A DNA stretch of 64,000 bases, from contig CBDBJW010000005.1 of the NCBI GenBank assembly GCA_965206505.1, forward strand, positions 567,596-631,595, written 5' to 3'. Below the pieces are notes generated by a model. That model had not been told where the DNA came from. It worked only from the letters and a program-made list of their open reading frames with translations, and did not search any database. Shown here in pieces: positions 56,613 to 64,000 of this stretch. This DNA is from Longimicrobiales bacterium (lineage in GTDB: Bacteria; Gemmatimonadota; Gemmatimonadetes; Longimicrobiales; Gaopeijiaceae). Every line of letters starts with the position of its first letter. Position 1 is the first letter of the stretch. The translations under genes were made by a program, and so were the position numbers.

Positions 56613-57269
56613 ATGAGCGACGCTGCAGTTGCGACCATGGACCGCAAGCCCATGCCAGGGATGATGGTCTACAACAAGAAGTTGGGCATGTGGGTGTTCC
56701 TGCTCAGCGAGGTGATGTTCTTCACCTCGTTGATCGGATCCTACCTCATCCTACGCTTCGCCCACCCAGACCATTGGACCGATCCGGGTGTCATTCTGAA
56801 CGTTCCCCTGACGGCCTTGAACACGTTCCTCCTGATCTGTTCGTCCGTGACCATGGTCAAGGCCTTTGCGGCCATCCAGCAAGGGGACCAGCAGGGCCTC
56901 AAGCGGTGGCTTCTGGCCACGATTCTGATCGGGTCGACCTTCGTTGGCATCCAGGGCATCGAATACAGCGTGCTCTCGGGTGAGGGCTTCCTACCGGCGC
57001 AGGAGACCTACCACGCCGTGGGCCGTGGAAATCCTCACGAGGGTCCTTCCCTCGGCGGGCCGCTCTACGGGGCAACCTTCTACGCCATGACCGGCTTTCA
57101 CGGAGCGCATGTGTCGATCGGGGTTCTCTGTCTGATTTTCGTCTACATCATGGCGCTCCGCGGGGCATACACTGTCCAGGATTATGAGGGCGTGGAGATA
57201 ATCGGCCTTTACTGGCACTTCGTGGATCTCGTTTGGATCCTCCTGTTCACCATCGTCTACCTCATTTGA
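56613..57269 (+). CDS. ctaE: cytochrome c oxidase subunit III
   Basis: LGMWVFLLSEVMFF, TGFHGAHVSIGV, LYWHFVDLVWILLF. Confidence 0.9.
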   Translation: MSDAAVATMDRKPMPGMMVYNKKLGMWVFLLSEVMFFTSLIGSYLILRFAHPDHWTDPGVILNVPLTALNTFLLICSSVTMVKAFAAIQQGDQQGLKRWLLATILIGSTFVGIQGIEYSVLSGEGFLPAQETYHAVGRGNPHEGPSLGGPLYGATFYAMTGFHGAHVSIGVLCLIFVYIMALRGAYTVQDYEGVEIIGLYWHFVDLVWILLFTIVYLI

Positions 57270-57283
57270 AGGCGGGAGCAATC

Positions 57284-57553
57284 ATGGAAGAGCAAGAACA
57301 CGCGCACCCGCGCTATATGCTGATTTGGTTGATCCTCGCCGTGCTCACCGCGGCAGAGGTAGGATACGCCTTCCTGAGTCTTCCGAAGATCGTATTGGCG
57401 GTGGGACTGGTCATCATGGCGCTTTGGAAGGCTGCCTTGGTGGCGATGTATTACATGCATCTCAGGTATGAGCCGGCACGACTGTGGATTCTGGCGATCT
57501 CTCCACTTCCGTTGGCGGTCATCCTCGTATTGGCCGTCATCACCGAGTTCTAG
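57284..57553 (+). CDS. cytochrome c oxidase subunit IV (small prokaryotic type)
   Basis: HPRYMLIWLILAVLTAAEV...ALWKAALVAMYYMHL is the typical bacterial subunit IV / CoxD-like pattern. Its TAG stop (57551-57553) is part of the IS5 target duplication. Confidence 0.75.
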   Translation: MEEQEHAHPRYMLIWLILAVLTAAEVGYAFLSLPKIVLAVGLVIMALWKAALVAMYYMHLRYEPARLWILAISPLPLAVILVLAVITEF

Positions 57554-58760
57554 GGAAGGTCTGAACAACCCCCATCTTGGGAGGAACGCGATCGGTTGCG
57601 GTTCGAAGATCCGGTTCGAAGACCTATCGGAGCGATGAAGTGCTGGCTGGCGCGCCGGAGAAACGGTCCGAACCGTCAGGAAGTCGCTTCGATGTGTCCG
57701 GCTCCCGCCCTCGCGGGGCCCATGGGCGCATGGGCCCCGCGTTATCCGGTCGCGTAGCGGCCAGCGATGAGCAGATTCGAGAACCCGAGCAGCAACGCGA
57801 TGCGCTGCGTGTTCTTCGCCAGTCCCCGGTAGCGCACCTTACCGTACCCGAAGCGCCGCTTCACATACAAGAACGGATGCTCCACCTTCGCCCGCACCGA
57901 TGCCTTGCGCTTCTCGGCCGCCGCCTCGGCGCCGTCCCGATCGAGCAGGCGACGCTTGCCCGGCTTCATCGCCACCTGCCAGGCGACGTCGCAACCCCTG
58001 TTCTCCGGGCGCTTGTCCACACCCTGGTAGCCCGCGTCGCCCCATGCCTCCGTCTCGTCACCATGCAGCAGCACGCACGCCTGCGTCACGTCCGCCGCGT
58101 TGGCGGCCGTCGTCGCCAAGCTGTGCGCCAGACCCGATTCGGCGTCCACCCCGATATGCGCCTTCATCCCGAAGTACCACTGGTTTCCCTTCTTCGTCTG
58201 GTGCATCTCCGGATCCCGTTCTCCCCTGCGGTTCTTCGTCGACGACGGCGCGTCAATGATGCTCGCATCCACGATCGTCCCCGTCTTCAACCGATGCCCG
58301 AGAGACGCCAGATGCGTATTGATCTCCTCGAACAACCCCATCCCCAAGCCCTGCGTCTCCAGCAGGTGGCGGAAGTTCAGGATCGTCGTCTCGTCCGGCA
58401 AAGAACCGCTCAGGCGCAGACCCGCAAAGCGGCGCACTGACTCCACCTCGTAGAGCAGATCCTCCATGCCCGGATCGCTCACGTTGTAGAACAGCTGCAC
58501 ACAATGAACCCGCAGCATCACCCCAAGCGGATAGGGGCGGCGGCCACGGCCAGCCTTCGGATAGAACGGCTCGATCCGATCCTCCAGCTGTTGCCAGGGA
58601 ATCAGCCCCTCCATCTTCTCCAGGAAAATCTCCCGGCGCGTCCGCCGCTTCTTCGAATCGTACTCCAGCTCCGCGAAACTCATCTGAAGCTCCATGGCCC
58701 GCTCACAACTCCCCGGTCGTTTCATACCATGAAACTACACCCGTCTTGTTCAGAGCTTCC
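57554..58760 (-). mobile_element. IS5-family insertion sequence (1207 bp) with a CTAG target-site duplication
   Basis: Terminal inverted repeats GGAAGGTCTGAACAA (57554-57568) and the reverse complement of TTGTTCAGAGCTTCC (58746-58760) match at 14 of 15 positions. It is flanked by CTAG at 57550-57553 and 58761-58764. Confidence 0.85.
57742..58683 (-). CDS. IS5-family (DDE) transposase
   Basis: MSFAELEYDSKKRRTRREIFLEKM, PYPLGVMLRVHCVQLFYN, IVDASIIDAPSSTKN, WYFGMKAHIGVD, GDAGYQG, RAKVEHPF, RYRGLAKN. Confidence 0.9.
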   Translation of the reverse strand: MSFAELEYDSKKRRTRREIFLEKMEGLIPWQQLEDRIEPFYPKAGRGRRPYPLGVMLRVHCVQLFYNVSDPGMEDLLYEVESVRRFAGLRLSGSLPDETTILNFRHLLETQGLGMGLFEEINTHLASLGHRLKTGTIVDASIIDAPSSTKNRRGERDPEMHQTKKGNQWYFGMKAHIGVDAESGLAHSLATTAANAADVTQACVLLHGDETEAWGDAGYQGVDKRPENRGCDVAWQVAMKPGKRRLLDRDGAEAAAEKRKASVRAKVEHPFLYVKRRFGYGKVRYRGLAKNTQRIALLLGFSNLLIAGRYATG

Positions 58761-58785
58761 CTAGAGGCCCCGCTATAGGGTCGTT

Positions 58786-58832
58786 GAGGCCCGGACGGGA
58801 ACCACCGGTTTCCGTCCGGGCCTCTGCTTGTT
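58786..58832 (+). terminator. strong hairpin terminator, probably the original cox operon terminator displaced by the IS5
   Basis: GAGGCCCGGACGG...CCGTCCGGGCCTC is a perfect 13-bp stem, extendable through GAACC/GGTTT to about 18 bp with a 3-nt loop. It is followed by TGCTTGTT and lies 25 nt after the right CTAG duplicate. Confidence 0.6.
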
Positions 58833-58931
58833 ACCCTGGCTAGTGCTGTCGCGGCGGCCGAGTGCTGCCATCCCGTCGATTTTTCTTCTGAGATCACAGC
58901 CGTGGATAATGAAGGTTTGAGGCTCGGGTTG

Positions 58932-59024
58932 ATGCTTGGCGGCCTCCTCATGGCCGCCGTACCCGTCGCCCTGGGCACTGCGGCAGTGATTTTCCTCTTC
59001 AAGAAGTATCGCGAGGAGCGCTAG
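58932..59024 (+). CDS. 30-aa single-TM small ORF (speculative)
   Basis: MLGGLLMAAVPVALGTAAVIFLFKKYREER: one hydrophobic helix plus a basic tail. A GTG at 58902 would extend it. No clear RBS. Confidence 0.2.
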   Translation: MLGGLLMAAVPVALGTAAVIFLFKKYREER

Positions 59025-59058
59025 CTAGCCGAGCAGACAACCGAGCAAGGGGGTCACC

Positions 59059-60021
59059 ATGAGCACACGGTTTCGAGGCCTCGTTCCCCGCGGAATAGTC
59101 GCCGGAGTGATTGGCGCCACTGCGCTCGCTTTCTGGTTTTTGGTGATCGACGGCTCCCGCGGTGAGCCCTTCCGTACGCCGGGATTCCTGGGAGGTGCTC
59201 TTTTGGGCACCGACGGCCTCGAGCCGGGTGTCTGGCCGGTCATTCTGTACACGCTCCTTCATTACATCGCCTTCATCGGCGTCGGTTTGGGCGTAGCGTG
59301 GTCCCTCTCCAAGATCCACACGACCCCGAACATATTCCTGGGGCTGGTCCTCGGCTTCGGGCTCTACGATCTGGTCTTTTACACAAGCCTCACGGTGACC
59401 GGGGTGGACGTCGTGGGCGAGTTCGGTTGGCCCCCCGTCCTGATGGGCAATCTGATCGCCGGGGTATCTCTCATGAGCTTTCTCCACTTTACGGGTGCCA
59501 GGCCACCCATGTCATGGTGGACGATCCTCCGACAGCACCGGTTGTTCAAGGAGGGCTTGATCGCCGGGCTCGTTGGAGCGGGGACCGTCGCGCTGTGGTT
59601 CTTCATCATCGACATGGGACGGGGACAGCCCTTCTTCACACCGGGCGCGCTCGGCTCAGCGCTCTTTCTCGGCTCCTCGGATCCGGCTGGCGTGGACGTC
59701 GCGTTCGCGACCGTAGCCGGTTACAGCATCCTCCACATCGGCGCCTTCGTCGCCACGGGATTCATCGCTGCTGCCATCGTTGGTTACGCCGAGGACACGC
59801 CTCCGCTCATCATCGGTGCGGTGATGCTCTTCGCGGCATTCGAGGCGTTCTTCATGGGACTCATGGCGCTTTCGGCCGAGTTTCTACTCAGCTCCTTGGC
59901 CTGGTGGGCGATCGTGGTGGGTAACGTTCTAGCCACCTTGTCCATGGGATATTATCTGTGGACCCAGCACCCGAATCTACGGGAGGCGCTCGCGGCCAAT
60001 CCGATGGACAGGACAACTTAG
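59059..60021 (+). CDS. eight-TM membrane protein built from two homologous halves, unknown function
   Basis: Half 1 RGIVAGVIGATALAFWFLVIDGSRGEPFRTPGFLGGALL aligns with half 2 EGLIAGLVGAGTVALWFFIIDMGRGQPFFTPGALGSALF. GGGGG/AAGGGGG RBS region. Confidence 0.65.
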   Translation: MSTRFRGLVPRGIVAGVIGATALAFWFLVIDGSRGEPFRTPGFLGGALLGTDGLEPGVWPVILYTLLHYIAFIGVGLGVAWSLSKIHTTPNIFLGLVLGFGLYDLVFYTSLTVTGVDVVGEFGWPPVLMGNLIAGVSLMSFLHFTGARPPMSWWTILRQHRLFKEGLIAGLVGAGTVALWFFIIDMGRGQPFFTPGALGSALFLGSSDPAGVDVAFATVAGYSILHIGAFVATGFIAAAIVGYAEDTPPLIIGAVMLFAAFEAFFMGLMALSAEFLLSSLAWWAIVVGNVLATLSMGYYLWTQHPNLREALAANPMDRTT

Positions 60022-60227
60022 GCCCGGAACCCCGTCGAATTTGGCCGAGCCTTCCCGCCGCTCGCTACTCGCCCCCCGACATAGTAGGTCGGCCCGGCCG
60101 CTAGAGTCAGTATTGTCTGCCCGATCAGAAGTCACTAGTTCCACAGTTTCCACGGTCCATCGGTCCTCGTTCGCGAGACATGATCTTGTTCCCACGGGAC
60201 AACCTTTTTCGACCTGCTGAGGATGTC

Positions 60228-63200
60228 ATGACGAAGCCCACTGCGATCCTCCTTTCTGCTGTGATCCTCACGTTTCCGCCGAGTGTGACCCTGTCTGCTC
60301 AGGTAGAGCAAGCTGAGCAGGAGCAAGACGAGTGGGACATCGAGCAGACCCTGGGGCCCACCGTCCCACTCTCTTTCGAGACCGACGAAGGGACCTGGAT
60401 GAATGTGGACCTCGACCCGGATGGTGGGACCTTGGCGTTCGACTTGCTGGGTGATCTCTACACGATGCCGATCGCCGGGGGAACGGCCACTCGCATTTCA
60501 TCCGGACAGTCCTTCGACATGCAGCCTCGGTTCAGCCCTGACGGCGCAGCCATCGCCTTCATCTCAGACAGGGACGGTGCCTTCAACATCTGGCTGATGG
60601 ACCCGGACGGATCGAACCTTCGCCAGATCTCGGAGGAGTCGAACCGGGAGGTGAACAGTCCCTCCTGGTCCCCCGACGGCCAGTACATCTTCGTTCGAAA
60701 GCACTTTGTGGATGAGCGCTCGCTCGGCGCGGGCGAGGTGTGGATGTACCACGTGAGCGGCGGCTCGGGGCTGCAGGTGACGGAGCGTAACGGCTGGCAG
60801 AAGGACCAGGGCGAGCCCGCCATCTCCCCGGATGGACAGTATCTCTATTACAGCAAGAACGTGTGGCCGGGGGAGACGTTCGAGTACGACAAGAACGTAT
60901 ACCAGACCATCTACGCGATTCTCCGGCGGGATCTTTCCACCGGAGAGGAGCGGACGATCGTCCGGAGACCCGGTGGATCGATCACTCCGCGGCCCTCACC
61001 GGACGGGACGAAGCTCGCGTTTATTCGGCGGGTTCGAAACAACACAGTGCTTTTCCTGCACGACCTTTCCACCGGAGAGGACTGGCCGATCTTCCAAGGA
61101 TTGGACCGCGACATGCAAGAGGCCTGGGCCATCCACGGCGTCTACACGCAGTACGACTGGACACCAGACGGCAGCGGAATCGTGATCTGGGGCCAGGGTA
61201 AAATCTGGCTGGTGGACGTGGCCACGGCTACGGCAGAAATCATCCCCTTCAGCGCGCTGGTGGATCAAACGATCCACGAGGCGTTGCGCTTCAAGCAGCA
61301 GGTGGCAACGTCGCGTTTCGACGTGAAGATGCTGCGCGACGTCACGACCTCGGCCCGGGGCCGCTTCGTGGCTTACACGGCGTTGGGTAAGCTCTATCTG
61401 AAGGAACTTCCCTTCGAATCGCCCCGGCGGCTCACCCGAGACGACCGCATCGAGTTCGCCCCGGCTTTCTCGCCGGACGGACAGTGGATCGTTTACGCGA
61501 CATGGACTGACTCTGCAAAGGGCCGGATCCGAATGATCCGTGCCGACGGCAGTGGCAATCGTGATCTGGTCACGACCCCGGGGCACTACTCCGCGCCCTC
61601 TTTCTCACCCGACGGGCAGTGGGTGACTTATCGATCAGCGGGTGGCGACAACGTCCGGGGTCCGACCCACGGAGAGAACCCCGGGGTCTTCGTCATCCCG
61701 GTGGACGGGTCCGAGGAGCCCAGGAGGATCCGCGCGACCGGCTCGAACCCGTTGTTCGATCCCACGGGTTCACGAATTCTCGTGAACGATTTCGCCGACG
61801 GAAACCGGCGCCTCGTGAGTGTCGACCTCAACGGGACGGATGAAATCGTTCATTTTAAATCGGAAAACGCCACCGAGATCGTCCCTTCACCCGATGGCCG
61901 ATGGGTGGCCTTCACAGAACGCTACCGTGCCTACATCGCCGCCTTCCCACGGTCTGGAAGAACGGTCACGCTGGGTCCGGATGTGGATGGCTTCCCGGTC
62001 GAGCGCGTCTCCGATAATGCCGGTCTATACCTCCACTGGTCGGGCGACAGCCAGTCGCTCCTCTGGACGTTGGGGCCCGAATACTTCGCTCGGGACCTTA
62101 CCGAAACGTTCACGTTCAGGCCGGGCGCACCGGCCGAGGCCGCTGAGCCCGAGGCGAGCGGGCTCTCGATCGGATTTACTCAATCCAGCGATGTCCCGAC
62201 CGGCACGGTCGCCTTCGTCGGAGCCCGCATCCTCACGCTCGCGGCAGACTCGGGCGCGGACGGCGGCTTGATCGAGGACGGCACGATCGTTGTGATCGCC
62301 AACACGATCACCGCTGTCGGACCCAGGAACCAGGTCACAGTCCCCCCGGATGCTCACCGGGTGGACGTAGAGGGCAAGACCATCCTTCCCGGGTTCGTCG
62401 ACGTGCACGCACACGTGAGTGGTGAAGGATCAGGGATCCTCGGGGAAGCCAGTTGGCCGCTCATGGCCAACCTCGCATTCGGTGTGACCACTTCACACGA
62501 CCCATCGAACAACACGACCATGGTGTTCACGAACTCGGAGATGATCAGGGCTGGCCTGAAGCTCGGGCCGAGACTTTTCTCTACGGGCACGATCCTGTAC
62601 GGGGCCGAGTCGACGAACAAAGCAATCGTCGACGACTACGACGACGCCGAACGTCACCTGGCCCGGATGAGGGCCGTCGGCGCCTTCAGCGTAAAGAGCT
62701 ACAACCAGCGCCGCCGCGACGCTCGCCAAATGATCATCCAGGCGGGCCGCAATCTGGACATGATGGTCGTGCCAGAGGGAGCATCCCTCGTCTACTACAA
62801 CATGACCATGGTCCTCGACGGTCATACGGGAGTGGAGCACGCACTTCCTGTTCCGGTCGTGTACAACGACCTGGCTCAACTCTTCGGGCAGAGCTCTACG
62901 GGCTACACGCCGACGTTGGTGGTCGGCTACGGCGGACTCGGGGGAGAGAACTACTGGTATGAGCGCACCAACGTGTGGGAGAACGAGCGCCTGCTCACGT
63001 TCGTCCCTCGTGACGTCGTGGACCCCGTCTCACGCCGACCTATCGTCGCCGCGGGGGACGAGGACTACAACCACATCAGAATTTCCCAGGGCGCCAAGGT
63101 AATCCAGGACGCCGGCGGACTCGTCACGCTTGGGGCGCACGGACAGATGCAAGGTCTCGGCGCTCACTGGGAGCTGTGGATGCTCGAGCAGGGCGGAATG

Positions 63201-63497
63201 ACCGAGGTCGAGGCGCTCAAGGCCGCCACGATCAACGGCGCCCGTTACCTGGGCCTCGACGATGATCTAGGGTCACTGGAGGTGGGCAAACTCGCCGACC
63301 TCCTCGTCCTGGACGAAGATCCGCTCGATGATCTCCGCAATACGGAGTCACTTAGTATGGTGATGCTCAACGGGCGGCTATACGACGCCCTGACTTTGAA
63401 CGAGATCGGAAATCACCCGGGAGAACGCCCGCTCCTCTACTGGGAGAGGCTGCCCTCGGAGCTACCCGCCGCCCCGCTTCCCGAAGACGCGAACTGA
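60228..63497 (+). CDS. secreted TolB-like beta-propeller (PD40 repeats) + amidohydrolase-family protein
   Basis: Signal peptide MTKPTAILLSAVILTFPPSVTLSAQ. Repeated PD40 motifs (PRFSPDGAAIAFISDRDG, PSWSPDGQYIF, PAISPDGQYLYY, PRPSPDGTKLAF, PAFSPDGQWIVY, PSFSPDGQWVTY). C-terminal metal-hydrolase motifs ILPGFVDVHAHV ... LGAHGQMQG ... GKLADLLVLD. Confidence 0.85.
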   Translation: MTKPTAILLSAVILTFPPSVTLSAQVEQAEQEQDEWDIEQTLGPTVPLSFETDEGTWMNVDLDPDGGTLAFDLLGDLYTMPIAGGTATRISSGQSFDMQPRFSPDGAAIAFISDRDGAFNIWLMDPDGSNLRQISEESNREVNSPSWSPDGQYIFVRKHFVDERSLGAGEVWMYHVSGGSGLQVTERNGWQKDQGEPAISPDGQYLYYSKNVWPGETFEYDKNVYQTIYAILRRDLSTGEERTIVRRPGGSITPRPSPDGTKLAFIRRVRNNTVLFLHDLSTGEDWPIFQGLDRDMQEAWAIHGVYTQYDWTPDGSGIVIWGQGKIWLVDVATATAEIIPFSALVDQTIHEALRFKQQVATSRFDVKMLRDVTTSARGRFVAYTALGKLYLKELPFESPRRLTRDDRIEFAPAFSPDGQWIVYATWTDSAKGRIRMIRADGSGNRDLVTTPGHYSAPSFSPDGQWVTYRSAGGDNVRGPTHGENPGVFVIPVDGSEEPRRIRATGSNPLFDPTGSRILVNDFADGNRRLVSVDLNGTDEIVHFKSENATEIVPSPDGRWVAFTERYRAYIAAFPRSGRTVTLGPDVDGFPVERVSDNAGLYLHWSGDSQSLLWTLGPEYFARDLTETFTFRPGAPAEAAEPEASGLSIGFTQSSDVPTGTVAFVGARILTLAADSGADGGLIEDGTIVVIANTITAVGPRNQVTVPPDAHRVDVEGKTILPGFVDVHAHVSGEGSGILGEASWPLMANLAFGVTTSHDPSNNTTMVFTNSEMIRAGLKLGPRLFSTGTILYGAESTNKAIVDDYDDAERHLARMRAVGAFSVKSYNQRRRDARQMIIQAGRNLDMMVVPEGASLVYYNMTMVLDGHTGVEHALPVPVVYNDLAQLFGQSSTGYTPTLVVGYGGLGGENYWYERTNVWENERLLTFVPRDVVDPVSRRPIVAAGDEDYNHIRISQGAKVIQDAGGLVTLGAHGQMQGLGAHWELWMLEQGGMTEVEALKAATINGARYLGLDDDLGSLEVGKLADLLVLDEDPLDDLRNTESLSMVMLNGRLYDALTLNEIGNHPGERPLLYWERLPSELPAAPLPEDAN

Positions 63498-63539
63498 CGC
63501 GACGGTCTTCTGCGACCTTCTGAAGTGGATCGGCGCCTA

Positions 63540-63788
63540 CTACTCGACGCCGAGGAAGCGCTTGAGGTGCCGGAGGTAGTAGGTGAGACCGGCTGTAACC
63601 ACGAAGAAGAATCCTGAGATCAACAGTGAGCCGGTTTCCCCGTTTCTGGCAAACGCTGAGAGCTCGTACACCCCATATCCTGCACAAAAGAGGATGGCGA
63701 CGGCGATGAGGATCCGATGAAAGCTGATGAGGGACAAGCCGTGTGTCTCCATGTGGCGGATGGCCCGGAAGTCGGTCCCGGGATTCAA
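63540..63788 (-). CDS. small two-TM membrane protein, unknown function
   Basis: ISFHRILIAVAILFCAGYGVYEL and LLISGFFFVVTAGLTYYL helices. The start is uncertain (an internal Met at 63752 is also possible). Confidence 0.4.
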   Translation of the reverse strand: MNPGTDFRAIRHMETHGLSLISFHRILIAVAILFCAGYGVYELSAFARNGETGSLLISGFFFVVTAGLTYYLRHLKRFLGVE

Positions 63789-63840
63789 GTCCGGACATCA
63801 AGGTAGCATCGTGCGCGACCCTGTGTACTCCTTCAGCATT

Positions 63841-64000
63841 CTAGCCGTGGACCTCCCCGGCAAGAACGTGGCGAATCACCCTTCCAACCACGGTTTTTTC
63901 TTTCAAGAACGCGTCGTGCCCGAAATTGGACGAGACACGGATGGTCCGCCCTGTGCCGGGTAACCGGCGCACCATCTCCGCTACCAGCCACGGAGGCACC
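63841..64000 (-). CDS. C-terminal end of an alpha/beta hydrolase, homoserine O-acetyltransferase (MetX)-like; partial
   Basis: Reverse translation reads ...VPPWLVAEMVRRLPGTGRTIRVSSNFGHDAFLKEKTVVGRVIRHVLAGEVHG-stop. S..GHDAFL.E is the conserved MetX C-terminal His context. Confidence 0.5.
   Translation of the reverse strand, partial: VPPWLVAEMVRRLPGTGRTIRVSSNFGHDAFLKEKTVVGRVIRHVLAGEVHG

Noticed and set aside
57596-57625. Duplicated GGTTCGAAGA motif resembling a tRNA T-arm.
   Set aside because: No acceptor stem or anticodon arm can be built around it. It lies inside the IS5 element, downstream of the transposase stop.
57577-58440. 287-aa plus-strand ORF inside the IS5 element.
   Set aside because: It is antisense to the IS5 transposase, which has the DDE family motifs. 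The translation is Arg/Pro-rich.

Overview
High-GC (about 65%) bacterial chromosomal window, densely coding, with Gram-negative features (OMP-like barrel, TolB-like protein, lipoprotein). The phylum cannot be determined from this sequence.

Gene content, left to right:
- A redox/detoxification operon headed by a PAS/sigma-54 activator, with a divergent sigma-54 promoter (0.2-6.6 kb).
- An FHA plus trypsin-like protease pair.
- A 931-bp-period tandem triplication of a secreted two-domain protein of unknown function (10.15-12.9 kb).
- MOSC/DoxX/DUF1697 genes, ispH, fxsA, peptidases, glcDEF, a MenC-like enolase-superfamily gene, pncA/pncB and frdABCD.
- A nested IS30/IS3 scar that truncates a gspE/pilB-like ATPase (35-38.7 kb).
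- A roughly 17.7-kb co-directional respiratory supercluster (39.8-57.6 kb), the most interesting part of the window.

The supercluster comprises a ferredoxin, an Mrp/NBP35 ATPase, three proteins carrying PCP_red (BchB C-terminal-like) modules, an ABC exporter, a NirJ/AhbD-like radical SAM/SPASM enzyme, a Q-loop-less CydA-like (cytochrome bd-like) membrane protein with no cydB, an ActD(DUF3341)-dihaem cytochrome c fusion, two further c-type cytochromes (one fused to an EB_dh-like haem domain), a cupredoxin lipoprotein and aa3-type coxBAC plus subunit IV.

An IS5 element sits exactly on the stop codon of the last cox gene, with a CTAG target duplication.

The window carries an unusually high number of reading-frame lesions: frameshifts, an in-frame TGA, internal deletions and gene stubs. 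These may be real decay or assembly error.

No rRNA, tRNA or CRISPR array was recognised. All family assignments are from motif recognition by eye. No searches were run.
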